Below are positions 27,640 through 37,631 of a DNA stretch of 64,000 bases, piece after piece. The notes under the pieces are model-generated. The model was given only the letters and a program-made list of their open reading frames with translations, had not been told where the DNA came from and made no database searches. The DNA lies in assembly GCA_942490685.1 (NCBI GenBank), contig CALNXW010000016.1, positions 3,197,166-3,261,165 of the forward strand, given 5' to 3'. How positions within the stretch are numbered: the stretch's first letter is position 1; each line of letters opens with the position of its first letter. The stretch comes from an uncultured bacterium. Lineage in GTDB: Bacteria; Bacteroidota; Ignavibacteria; Kapaibacteriales; UBA2268. A program made the position numbers and the translations under genes.

Positions 27640-27792
27640 ATCATACTGCCTTACAGCAAAAATCAGGCTATTCCCCAGCCCCGCAATTTCATCTTCCCGC
27701 TCCATGCCGTTACACTTCGACTCGCTTTGCTCGCTCAGTGACCTTGAAGCGTGGTCTGGCGTATTCTTCATTGGCGAACCTGTCCGGCATGA
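27640..27792 (-). repeat. Repeat module Y, copy 2 (reverse orientation), immediately 5' of the 46-aa ORF
   Basis: See Y1. Its own conserved right flank contains a GGCAGTA-tgatcgcgt-TACTGCC hairpin. The core (27698-27754) is inverted relative to Y1. Confidence 0.7.
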
Positions 27793-27855
27793 GCATACCA
27801 AAGAGGCGCGCCTCATGGGGAAGTAGTTGTTACGTGAAAGAACTTTTAGCCTGAA

Positions 27856-27958
27856 GGATTTCGAATCAAGTTCGGAATGACAGTGCTGGTCATTGCGGGC
27901 TTGACCCGCAATCTCTTATCTGCTATAAGCGTACACGCCCTGTGCTGCCTTTTGCCTG
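27856..27958 (+). repeat. Repeat module X, copy 2
   Basis: Direct repeat of 25280-25386. Confidence 0.7.
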
Positions 27959-27985
27959 AGCTATTTGGGAAATACAGTTTAAAAT

Positions 27986-28037
27986 ACAAAAAAAAGGATG
28001 TGATTCAAAAATAGTTATATCTTTAAAAATCACATCC
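27986..28037 (-). terminator. Rho-independent terminator downstream of the TonB-dependent receptor
   Basis: Minus strand reads GGATGTGATT-(loop)-AATCACATCC followed by T8. Confidence 0.7.
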
Positions 28038-28125
28038 TGATATTTTTTCTATTGAAACAAATGAAGCAGAGTTTATTCTATCTTACTGTTTCTTTTGTAT
28101 AAGTTTTAAAACAAAAACTACATTT

Positions 28126-30513
28126 CTACAATCCTAACTGAAAACCGATAAAGACACTTCTCTCTGCAGCAGGGAAAAAGAATCTTCCTTCTGCGCCGGC
28201 TGCATAAAGTTTGTTAAACAAGTTTACAACCTGAGTATGTATTTTGAAGCTTTCTGCACCTAGAATATCTTCGAATGTATATGCTACATCCAGATTAAAG
28301 ACCATAAAAGCGTCTAAAGTATTATCAATATAAAACTCTGAGCTTTCCTTTAAGTCTTTCATTATCACTTCGTCAGTAGTCAGCATATCTCCGTAGTTAT
28401 CAGTTTTCGAATCACCCAAGTATCTGCCTGACAGATTAAAGTATAAGTTTTTATATTCATAAATAAAACCAAAATTTGCCATCAAGCTAGGGAATCCTGC
28501 AATATCATTTCCCTCAAGAGATGTTTTATCGCCATTTTCAGCTAAGTAATCCCATTCCAGTATTTCATTTTTAGAAAATGTAGCATTTGCATATGGTTTT
28601 ATACTTCCCGGTATACCATCTTTAATCAGATAAGATGCCTGCAATTCTATGCCGGAGTGGCGGGTTCTCGGAGCATTGCCGTCCACAGGCAAACCAAATA
28701 TATCTAACTCACCTGTTTTCACAAGTTCATCAAAATATTCCATCCAGTACCCATTGATACTGAAGTGCACATTTTCATCTCTGTATGTCCAGCCAAGTTC
28801 AACATCCAGCATTTTCTCAGGAGTAACCGTAGGATTTTCAAAATCATAATAAATATTATCACCATCTTTTCTGGCTTCAAACAAAGGATGAGAACCTGAG
28901 AAAGAGGAAGAAGCATCATATAAGTTCTTCATGCGGGGTTCGCGAGTTGTATATGAAACTGAACCAAACATAGTTTGATTATCATCTATATTCCATGTAG
29001 CTCCCACTCTTGGATTTACAAAGAAATAGTTTATGTCAAATAACTTATCACCATTCCCAATTGTATTACCATCTTTGTCTAAGTAAGTGGAATATACTCC
29101 GCCAAACTTTTCATTGTCGATAGAGTATTTATTATATACAAATTGAGCTTCCGCACTTAGCAGCAAATCTTCTGTTGCCTGATATTGTTCACGGAAGAAG
29201 ACAGACATAATGTCTCTAATTCCGTTGTATTCATAGACTTTATAATCCGGATCAAAACCTTCCGGAAGATTCTCAGCAAAAAGTATTTTCATCCAGTGAT
29301 CGGATCTGTGGCTTCTTATTTCAGCTCCCAGAGTAAACTGATGGTCTCCATGACTCCATATCAATCTCGGGATCCAGCCCCCATGTCTGTTCCCAACATA
29401 CCATCTAGCAATTGGATTTCTAGGAACCTCTTCATCTGCATAGCCATTTGCTTCATTGAAGTTAAAGTAAGACAAATCGTACATCCAGGTGCTCAACTCA
29501 TCAAATTGGCCATCCCCTGTATAGTAAAACAGCGAAGACTTGAGTGAAAGATCATCTGAGATTTGCCAGTCATTCAACAATTCATAGTGAGGCTGAGAAA
29601 AAGCTTCTACATCATGTTTGCTTCTCTCTGTAGGCCACTGAACTACTTTTCCGGTAGAATCGTAATTCCACCAGCTATAGTTTTTAAGCCTCAAGTCTTT
29701 ATCTTCAATATGAGCTTTAGGTATCCCCTGATAGACTAACCCATCAGTTAAAGGTCCACCAAAGATATTAATCTGAGTAGTAAGGTTTTCATCAAATCTG
29801 GCTGCACTAAGGAAAAAGCTATTAAGCTTAGCCCATGAGTGATTTCTATATCCATTTGAGTTAATTCTGGATAAACGACCATAAAATGCATATTTGCCGT
29901 CAACCAAACCTGAAGAGGCTTCCATAGAGAATTTGCTTAAGCTCTGAAGTGTGTTTTTCGACTCACTTCCGTATTCCTGGTAGCCAATCCCTGAATAAAG
30001 CTTAATACCGGGATTGTTTACAAAGTTTGAAGTAACCAGATTTATGCTTCCTCCAATTGCTGCTGCACCATAATTCATCATACCTGCGCCACGCTGCACT
30101 TGGATATTTTCAAGATTTGACTGAATATCAGGAAAATCAATCCAGTATACATTATGATCTTCAGGATCATTTTGAGGAATACCATTGATCAAAACTGAAA
30201 TTCTTCTTTGGTCAAATCCCCTCATAGATAAATTAGAGTAGCCAACTCCATTACCGGATTGGGAATAAGTATGCACAGAAGGCATAGCGTTTAGGAACAT
30301 CGGAAGATCCGCAACTGTGTGCGTCATTTCTATTTCCTGTCTGTCTATTTCTGAGAATGCAACAGGCGTTATTCTTTCTACTGCACGAGTAGAAGTAACA
30401 GTAACGCTTGGCGTTCGGTATACTTTTATAGTATCAGATGTTTGTTTTTGAGCAAAAAGGCTTATAGAAAAGCAGCTTAAAGCTGCAGCGGCTATAAACA
30501 ATCTTTTTAGCAT
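28126..30513 (-). CDS. TonB-dependent outer-membrane receptor
   Basis: Signal peptide MLKRLFIAAAALSCFSISLFA (start placed at this Met). Plug-domain motifs and a C-terminal beta-barrel ending in an aromatic residue. Confidence 0.85.
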   Translation of the reverse strand: MLKRLFIAAAALSCFSISLFAQKQTSDTIKVYRTPSVTVTSTRAVERITPVAFSEIDRQEIEMTHTVADLPMFLNAMPSVHTYSQSGNGVGYSNLSMRGFDQRRISVLINGIPQNDPEDHNVYWIDFPDIQSNLENIQVQRGAGMMNYGAAAIGGSINLVTSNFVNNPGIKLYSGIGYQEYGSESKNTLQSLSKFSMEASSGLVDGKYAFYGRLSRINSNGYRNHSWAKLNSFFLSAARFDENLTTQINIFGGPLTDGLVYQGIPKAHIEDKDLRLKNYSWWNYDSTGKVVQWPTERSKHDVEAFSQPHYELLNDWQISDDLSLKSSLFYYTGDGQFDELSTWMYDLSYFNFNEANGYADEEVPRNPIARWYVGNRHGGWIPRLIWSHGDHQFTLGAEIRSHRSDHWMKILFAENLPEGFDPDYKVYEYNGIRDIMSVFFREQYQATEDLLLSAEAQFVYNKYSIDNEKFGGVYSTYLDKDGNTIGNGDKLFDINYFFVNPRVGATWNIDDNQTMFGSVSYTTREPRMKNLYDASSSFSGSHPLFEARKDGDNIYYDFENPTVTPEKMLDVELGWTYRDENVHFSINGYWMEYFDELVKTGELDIFGLPVDGNAPRTRHSGIELQASYLIKDGIPGSIKPYANATFSKNEILEWDYLAENGDKTSLEGNDIAGFPSLMANFGFIYEYKNLYFNLSGRYLGDSKTDNYGDMLTTDEVIMKDLKESSEFYIDNTLDAFMVFNLDVAYTFEDILGAESFKIHTQVVNLFNKLYAAGAEGRFFFPAAERSVFIGFQLGL

Positions 30514-30831
30514 GGAAAAATCCTTGAATTTAATGATACAAAAGATTTTCCAATTGGGGATATGAAAAGAGAGAGCAAAAAAGCACAATAAATGAAGTGC
30601 CTTCCGTATTCCCTACGCCGGTATGATCCGGATCAGGTTCCAAGAGTGTTCTCTCAGGGGCATATTTGCCCCACCTCCAACGGAAATTGTTGCAATATAC
30701 GTAGTATTACTCTAATTATTTTGTTTATGAGTATATTCTATTGCAGGCAAGCCAAGTAAATGAGTTTTATGTAATAAAAAAGGGTAGAAAAATCTTCTTT
30801 CCCTACCCTCTCTTGATTCTATTTTTATTTT

Positions 30832-32718
30832 TTATTCTATCACTATTACCACAGATCTGCTCAATTGACGCTTAAGCGGGCCTATTTGGTTGATCTCAAA
30901 ATCATAGTCATAATCAATTATCAAATTACCTTCTTTGGTGTCTATGAGTTTTTCAGCAGCAATTGCTCTCGCTTTAGAAAGGCTTTGATTATATTCATCA
31001 GTTCCCAGCTTATCCGTAAGTGGAATTATGCGAACTGTTTTATTCTCTTTAAGGGCAGCTCTGGCTCTTTCAAGAGCAAAATTATCAGTAGAAATAAATT
31101 TCTTACCATCGAAATCAAAGAAGCCTAGATAATAATACTGAGCCCCTTTTCTAATGTTATTGATAGAAGTTGAAACATCTCGTCTGATATAGTTTAAGTT
31201 GATTTTGATATTATCACTTTTTTCTCTCTTAGCAGCATCTTTTATGTAGCCATGAACAGTAATATTTTTTGGCATATTTCCCAATGCCGGTTTAAATATG
31301 TTAGCACCCCCTAGACTATACATTTTAGGACCATTTTCCTTAGAAAGCTGATACATATACTCTTCTGAATATGGTCTGGCATCTACAATTATATTCGATT
31401 CGATTCTAAATTCAGGAGTTTCAACTTCATTTAGTTCTCTGGTCAGGACTTCATAAGCAAAAGAGTTTTTCCTTGGGTTTACCACTTCAATGTATTCTAG
31501 CTCTTCGAACAATTCTTTATATCTTAAATCACTTGTATCTTTTTGTTCAAATCTGCTATTAATCACTAAATCAGAATTGAAAGACTTAAAGACATTTTCA
31601 ACTTTTTCGAGTCTCTTTTCTGCAGTCTCTTTAGATGTTTTATTTGAATAAGAAACTATCAGTTCAATCTCTTCGTTTTGCGCAAGACTATTAACAACAA
31701 TATCGTCTATGCTTTTCGGATAGTAATAATCAGTTCCACTATTTTTGAAATATATTTTTGCAGCAGGCAGAGATATATAGTCAACATTCCTATATACATC
31801 ATAGTAGACATCTGCATCAGCACCATGCTCATAGTTGTTATCTGCAATAAATAAATCTATATCATATTCCAGTTTTTCAGGTACCGGAGGTCTTTCCGGC
31901 AATAGCATTGGAGGCATTGGAGCCTGTTTTGCAGTTAGCTTTTCGTAAGCCACAGGCAAGTAGTAACTAACAGCAAGGTTCGCAGCAAAATTATTTATTT
32001 TCCAGTCATTGGAACTGGTCACTTTAGTTAAAGCATAATTATAAGCCAGTTCCGGAACTAAAAAGAGATCGTCTGATATCTTATATTCATAACGTACTCC
32101 TAGCTTTAGTGCTGCATATAGTCCGGTTGCATCAGGAATATCTTCATTTAATGGATTAAATATTTTAGATTTATCTCCAAAAGTTACATCAGCAGGGCTG
32201 ATAATCTCTTCTTTCGACTCGAAACTTTTGCTCATAGGAATGCCGATACCCACCCCGGTTAACAATGATAATGGTATATCATCAAACAGATATGTGGCTA
32301 TGGCATGCTGTGTAAGCAAAACTGAATATGAAGTAGATAAACTTCTTTCTACACTAACTAATCTTGCTTCTTCATCATTTATAGCATATGCAAATGGAGC
32401 TTCTTTTGAGAATTCTCCTGATAAATTGCTTATCCCCAATGTAAAAACATATCTTATTTTTTTTCCTAGAAGAGTTTCGTCCAATTTATACTCACCACCT
32501 ACAAAAGCCGACCATGAAGTCCCACTACCCTTACCATAATCTATGTTTCCATCATGATAAAGAGGAAATCCATAAAATCGCTCAGGAGAATAAGAATTAA
32601 AATTAACTCCACCACCCACAGACATCACATACTTAGTATGCTCTTTTGAATGCAAATCTGTATATGTCACAAATAAGCATACAAACAATACCCAAGCTAA
32701 TAGTCTACTACAAATCAT
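30832..32718 (-). CDS. Outer-membrane protein with a C-terminal OmpA-like domain
   Basis: Signal peptide, beta-rich N-terminal part, and a C-terminal ...LGTDEYNQSLSKARA... OmpA-like motif. Confidence 0.6.
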   Translation of the reverse strand: MICSRLLAWVLFVCLFVTYTDLHSKEHTKYVMSVGGGVNFNSYSPERFYGFPLYHDGNIDYGKGSGTSWSAFVGGEYKLDETLLGKKIRYVFTLGISNLSGEFSKEAPFAYAINDEEARLVSVERSLSTSYSVLLTQHAIATYLFDDIPLSLLTGVGIGIPMSKSFESKEEIISPADVTFGDKSKIFNPLNEDIPDATGLYAALKLGVRYEYKISDDLFLVPELAYNYALTKVTSSNDWKINNFAANLAVSYYLPVAYEKLTAKQAPMPPMLLPERPPVPEKLEYDIDLFIADNNYEHGADADVYYDVYRNVDYISLPAAKIYFKNSGTDYYYPKSIDDIVVNSLAQNEEIELIVSYSNKTSKETAEKRLEKVENVFKSFNSDLVINSRFEQKDTSDLRYKELFEELEYIEVVNPRKNSFAYEVLTRELNEVETPEFRIESNIIVDARPYSEEYMYQLSKENGPKMYSLGGANIFKPALGNMPKNITVHGYIKDAAKREKSDNIKINLNYIRRDVSTSINNIRKGAQYYYLGFFDFDGKKFISTDNFALERARAALKENKTVRIIPLTDKLGTDEYNQSLSKARAIAAEKLIDTKEGNLIIDYDYDFEINQIGPLKRQLSRSVVIVIE

Positions 32719-32739
32719 CTATCTAATTCCCGTTTAGAG

Positions 32740-35700
32740 TTATCTTATAATTATTAATTGTTTGCTTGCAACATGCTCATTTGCTTTTAAAACTGCGGTA
32801 TAATTACCTTGCGGCAATTGGCTACAGTCTATCTTAATTGAGTTATTATCAGATTTCGAATATACTGTTGGAGGCATCAAAAGAACTTCCTGCCCCAAAT
32901 TATCTAATATTTGAAGACTCAGCTGCATTTCAATTTTATTCTCGAAGTCGATTTCAATAATATCAGATCCCGGATTTGGAGTAATTTTATTTATAGTTAC
33001 CATATTATCAGGGGTCAAAAGTCTTCTATCGCCAACACCAATTATAGTCAAACTACCGGAAGTCAAGCTACCTTCTGTATTGGCACCCCACTGAGGAGCG
33101 TCTTCCGAAAAGGCTACTTCAGTTTCAATTACATCTGCAACTCCTGGATAGCCCACAATATTTGCAGCTACACCGCTCGTGGTATCAAAATCTCCGTGTA
33201 CCTTCACTTTTATATATCTGAAGTATTCATCAGTTTTTTCTTCTAATATTGAAGCCTCGCCAAAATCGGAGCTAACCGACTCCGGTTTGAATAATCTCTT
33301 ATAAAGCTTAATCTCTGAAATAAAATCACGCTTGCCTTTGTATCTGGAATTTTGAGTAAAAGTATATTCCAAAGGAATAGTAACTTTCTGCAATGGTCCG
33401 GTCTCTATAGCAGGGATACTTAGTTTATAGTTAGATTTAAATTGTAGCAACTCTACGCTGGATTTAAGCAGACAAGGTTCTGCATCCCAACTTAATTGCG
33501 CTCTATCTAAATAGTCCCCATTCCATCTAATTCTAACTACCTGAGTATCTCCGGGTGCTATAGTAATAGGCAAAGCAGTCAGAACTTCGTAAGAATTTTC
33601 AGGTTCCAAATACCAATCCTGAATAGAAAATGCAGTTGCACCAGTATTGATTATTTGCAACTCTCTTTCAGGTAATTCAGGTACAAAAGGAAGTCTTGAA
33701 TGAGAATATTCCACAAAAGCGCCTATGCCTGTACCTTGTATACCAAGAGGTATGTAATAAGGTTCAGCATCAGAGTGAATAATTTTAACACTATCTGCAT
33801 TTATCCCCAATTCTGAAGGTGTGAACTGAATCTCAACAGTCAGAGATTGCCCCGGATTAATTATTGTATCAATTATCAGAGGACTTATTACTTCATAATT
33901 TGATGGGTATTTTACAAAGTCAATATCATTTATTTTAATTGGAATCGGATCTAAGTTTGTAAACAATTTGAATGTTTGAGTATATGAATCTCCGACACAT
34001 ACTTCCTCTGCCATAACGATAGGCTCATTATCAAAACCTAGATGTCTGTTTTGGGATTCTACTACAAACGGGATTTTAATTTCACTCTCGCAGTATGTAA
34101 AGATAAGTGTATCATTTAACAACCCGACATCTTTAGGATTAACAATTATTTTATAGCTGAGGCATTCACCCGGATAAACAGTATCGCCGGCAAAATCTTC
34201 AACTAAGCTGAAATGTCTTCCTGATTGGAAATATGCATCTGAGATAAAAAGTTTTGTTTGACCTTTATTGCAGAAATCAGAATAAGAATACTCTCTTTCT
34301 TCAGCAATCAAATGCATAGGTATATCTTTTTTATTTGTCCCATCAAATTCGGGCATTCTAATAGCAAAGTAATTATCTGACTCATCGTATTCAGGATATT
34401 CAAAGAATGTCACATTAATATGAGATTTACTCTTCATGCTGGAAACAATAGAATGACCATCAGGAGCAAACTGAAAATCAAAAACACTAGCTCCACCGAT
34501 AGACATTGAATTTCCTAGCACAGCATTTAATTTCAAGTCAAAAAATGACACTTGCGGTACACCTGAAGTTGCAATAGCTGCTGTTGTTGATAGCGGATTA
34601 AATTGGATCTCGTTTATCCTGGCATAATTATGCTCAGTAAATCCGACTATATCTCCATTATTCAAATTCATCAAATCATTGAAATAAGGGCCGGAAGCTC
34701 TTTCTGCTTTTTCTTTTGCCAGGAATGCAAATCTTCCATTAGGACTGATATTTATTTCATAGCTTATAGGCATATCATCCTTTTTGAAGGATTCGCTGAC
34801 AGTAAAATCAGGTAGAGAATAAATATTTACTTCGTTGTTCAAATTATGTACAATTACTTTGTTTTCTTTGCGGCTTACTTCCATTGAAATAATTGGATGT
34901 TTCAAATCCATCTCTTTGATAAAACTACCAGTTTCAAGATTGAATACCATAACGGTTGAAGACATATTTGATCTGAAGATCGCATATTTAGAAGTATTGT
35001 CTTTATACATTTCATCAGCATTAAAGTTTCTACCCATTGCTACAGTGTAATCCGGCTCTTCTTTTCCCATAGTGAAGCGACTAAAATATGTATTGCTTCC
35101 GTCTACTTGATTGTTAGCATCATTATAAGCCACTACAAAACTGTTATTATCATCTGTAAATCCGGCACCTAGTATGGTATATCGATAAGTTAGATCATCC
35201 TCTGCACCTAAATATTTACTTTCAATCAATGTTTTACTGACCAAATCATATATGTTTATTTTACCGGCCCTGGCAATTGATACAATTTTAGAAGAAGAAT
35301 TGTCATAAGCCAGCGTCCAATCTTTGTAGGGATAATCTTCCAATAGAAGTGGGTATTGGTTGCTAAATTCTTGATGAACTTTTAAAAGAACTGTTTCAGA
35401 AATAATATTCGGCACTTTCCAGATATAAGTACTGTCCACTACTTTACCTGCAAACTGCCATGTGCTTCCGCCATCAGTTGAATATGATACATGGACAGGT
35501 AAATGTTTTATATGTCCTTTCCATTTCACTTCGACTTCTTCACAAGGAGCAAAGACCTCATTGCCATTTGGTTTAAGTAAATTCAAAGTTGTCTTTACCT
35601 CTAAATCCAACTTATTAGCTACAATCAAATAGCTTTTCTTTATACCAGGCTCATAATGAAAAACCAACTCGGTACTGATATTATTATAATCAACAGGAGT

Positions 35701-36366
35701 AACGGAAAGCTTTATTATATAGCGCTCGTTAGTAACATGTATGGGCAATGGGCGCTGGTCAGTCCTTGTACCCAGCCATTCAACTTTAAATAAATCATTA
35801 TCCACAGTTATAGAATCAAGCATAAAAGGATCAGTATCTGAAGTTGCAGAATCCAGAGGAACTCTCACATCTATGCAGAAATAATAATTATGTCTTGTGA
35901 TAGGTTCAATTTCACCTAAGTAAATCGCCCCGTTTATGGAGCCTTCAGATTTACCATTGCCCATGTTATACTTGGACATGATGAAAGAACCTACTTGTGG
36001 AGCATAATACCCAGCCTGGACTTTTTTTGTCTGGCTTCCATACTTGACATATATGTCTGCAGATTCAATGCCAATGAACTCTATTTGCTTTGTTGACCAT
36101 GTGATTTCATAAAAATCATCTTCAACTTTTTTAATTTCAAATGGTCGAGATGCATAAGTATCTTCAACTATGTAGAAATTATCCAGATCTAGATTAAGTA
36201 GTTTCCCGTTATCATAAGCTTTAATCTTAGCTGAAAGATTTGGGAAATCGGTAGTATCTATAGACACTCCCTGGTCGTCAGAATAAAGCTGAACAAATAA
36301 AGCTGAATGCGAATAAGAAAAGCTCACAAGCAGCAAAAATAATATAGTTAGAGGCAATCTATTCAT
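32740..36366 (-). CDS. Very large secreted beta-propeller-like surface protein with a T9SS C-terminal sorting domain
   Basis: 1208 aa with a signal peptide. The C-terminal approximately 80 aa match a Por/T9SS-type sorting domain (...ITPNPGSDIIEIDFEN...LQILDNLGQEV...GNYTAVLK...). It lies 22 bp upstream of the OmpA-like gene. Confidence 0.7.
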   Translation of the reverse strand: MNRLPLTILFLLLVSFSYSHSALFVQLYSDDQGVSIDTTDFPNLSAKIKAYDNGKLLNLDLDNFYIVEDTYASRPFEIKKVEDDFYEITWSTKQIEFIGIESADIYVKYGSQTKKVQAGYYAPQVGSFIMSKYNMGNGKSEGSINGAIYLGEIEPITRHNYYFCIDVRVPLDSATSDTDPFMLDSITVDNDLFKVEWLGTRTDQRPLPIHVTNERYIIKLSVTPVDYNNISTELVFHYEPGIKKSYLIVANKLDLEVKTTLNLLKPNGNEVFAPCEEVEVKWKGHIKHLPVHVSYSTDGGSTWQFAGKVVDSTYIWKVPNIISETVLLKVHQEFSNQYPLLLEDYPYKDWTLAYDNSSSKIVSIARAGKINIYDLVSKTLIESKYLGAEDDLTYRYTILGAGFTDDNNSFVVAYNDANNQVDGSNTYFSRFTMGKEEPDYTVAMGRNFNADEMYKDNTSKYAIFRSNMSSTVMVFNLETGSFIKEMDLKHPIISMEVSRKENKVIVHNLNNEVNIYSLPDFTVSESFKKDDMPISYEINISPNGRFAFLAKEKAERASGPYFNDLMNLNNGDIVGFTEHNYARINEIQFNPLSTTAAIATSGVPQVSFFDLKLNAVLGNSMSIGGASVFDFQFAPDGHSIVSSMKSKSHINVTFFEYPEYDESDNYFAIRMPEFDGTNKKDIPMHLIAEEREYSYSDFCNKGQTKLFISDAYFQSGRHFSLVEDFAGDTVYPGECLSYKIIVNPKDVGLLNDTLIFTYCESEIKIPFVVESQNRHLGFDNEPIVMAEEVCVGDSYTQTFKLFTNLDPIPIKINDIDFVKYPSNYEVISPLIIDTIINPGQSLTVEIQFTPSELGINADSVKIIHSDAEPYYIPLGIQGTGIGAFVEYSHSRLPFVPELPERELQIINTGATAFSIQDWYLEPENSYEVLTALPITIAPGDTQVVRIRWNGDYLDRAQLSWDAEPCLLKSSVELLQFKSNYKLSIPAIETGPLQKVTIPLEYTFTQNSRYKGKRDFISEIKLYKRLFKPESVSSDFGEASILEEKTDEYFRYIKVKVHGDFDTTSGVAANIVGYPGVADVIETEVAFSEDAPQWGANTEGSLTSGSLTIIGVGDRRLLTPDNMVTINKITPNPGSDIIEIDFENKIEMQLSLQILDNLGQEVLLMPPTVYSKSDNNSIKIDCSQLPQGNYTAVLKANEHVASKQLIIIR

Positions 36367-36638
36367 GGTTGTTTTCCCTTTTGGTCCTTCTTTACCTACT
36401 TAAAAAACACATTAGCGCATACAAAGGTTACACTATAGGCAAAAATAATGATAAACAAGCTAACATTAAACCCCTGATTACCCTAATTATATATGGACAA
36501 CTAAAAACTTCAAATAGTTTAATTCAAAATTGACATTTTCTGATCCGGGAGCTCAAAAATAAGAATAGTTTAAACTAAATAATTAGCTGCTTCAAACGTA
36601 ATTTTAAGAATAACAACAATTAAGATTAGGAGTATAGA

Positions 36639-37079
36639 ATGAAGATTAAAGATTTACTCAAAAAGAAAGGACCTGAAGTTTTTACTATCGGATTAGACAA
36701 ATCCCTTAAAGAGGCTATAAGCACATTAGTAAATAACAATATCGGTTCTTTATTAGTGATTAATTCCGAAGGAAAAATTGAAGGCATACTTACAGAAAGA
36801 GATATTTTGAGACAAAGCAACAAAGACCCTCATTCTTTCCAGGAAATCTCTGTTAAAGAAAGTATGACTACAAACATCATCTTTATTGAAGATGAAGATA
36901 CAATAGAATATGCTCAGGGAATAATAAGCAACAACAGAATCCGACACTTACCTGTGTTAAATAAAAGCAAAGTACTTGTAGGTTTGATTTCCATTGGTGA
37001 CATCACTCATACTCAAGCTCAGATGGTAAAAGCTGAAAACAAATATCTAAGAGACTATATCGAAGGCAATGTAAAATAA
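36639..37079 (+). CDS. CBS-domain pair protein
   Basis: 146 aa with two CBS motifs (GSLLVINSEGKIEGILTERDIL and HLPVLNKSKVLVGLISIGDI). Confidence 0.8.
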   Translation: MKIKDLLKKKGPEVFTIGLDKSLKEAISTLVNNNIGSLLVINSEGKIEGILTERDILRQSNKDPHSFQEISVKESMTTNIIFIEDEDTIEYAQGIISNNRIRHLPVLNKSKVLVGLISIGDITHTQAQMVKAENKYLRDYIEGNVK

Positions 37080-37097
37080 GAAGGATTATATTATTAT

Positions 37098-37622
37098 ATG
37101 AATGATATAGCGCTGAATATAAATGGTAAAGAATTTAAAGCCGAGTTTGACAAAGATGATTTCAGGATTATAAGAATCAACGGCAAGGCTTTTGAAATAG
37201 AGCTACTAAAAAAGTTTGGTAATAATTTGTTCTCTTTTGCTGTTAACCAGCAGCTCAAGCAAGTAGAACTTGCTATGGAGACAGGTAAAATTGTTGACAT
37301 TATATATGATGGCATGGTTTACGAAGTGGAGGTAAAAGACTCAACTCAAAAACTACTGGAAAAGTATATAAAAGATTCCTCTATTTCAGGAAAAAACGGC
37401 AATAACTCACTCAAGTCTCCAATGCCGGGGCTATTAGTTAAATATTACGTGCAGCCCGGTGATTTTGTTGAAAAAGGAGATAAACTTTGTGCATTAGAAG
37501 CTATGAAAATGGAAAATATTATTAAATCTAGTTTCGCAGGCACGGTAAAGCGCATTGCTGTTAAAGAGGGTACTCCTGTTGAAAAAAATGCAATTTTAAT
37601 CGAATTTGACATGAACCAATAG
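37098..37622 (+). CDS. Biotin carboxyl carrier protein (biotinyl/lipoyl domain subunit)
   Basis: C-terminal EAMKM biotinylation motif in CALEAMKMENIIKSSFAGTV. Confidence 0.8.
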   Translation: MNDIALNINGKEFKAEFDKDDFRIIRINGKAFEIELLKKFGNNLFSFAVNQQLKQVELAMETGKIVDIIYDGMVYEVEVKDSTQKLLEKYIKDSSISGKNGNNSLKSPMPGLLVKYYVQPGDFVEKGDKLCALEAMKMENIIKSSFAGTVKRIAVKEGTPVEKNAILIEFDMNQ

Positions 37623-37631
37623 AGATATATT

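Noticed and set aside
30514-30770. Cobalamin riboswitch upstream of the TonB-dependent receptor
   Set aside because: There is no B12 box (GCCACTG) and no AGGGAA…GGTG…AATCC core in the correct order on the sense strand. Only generic hairpins are present.
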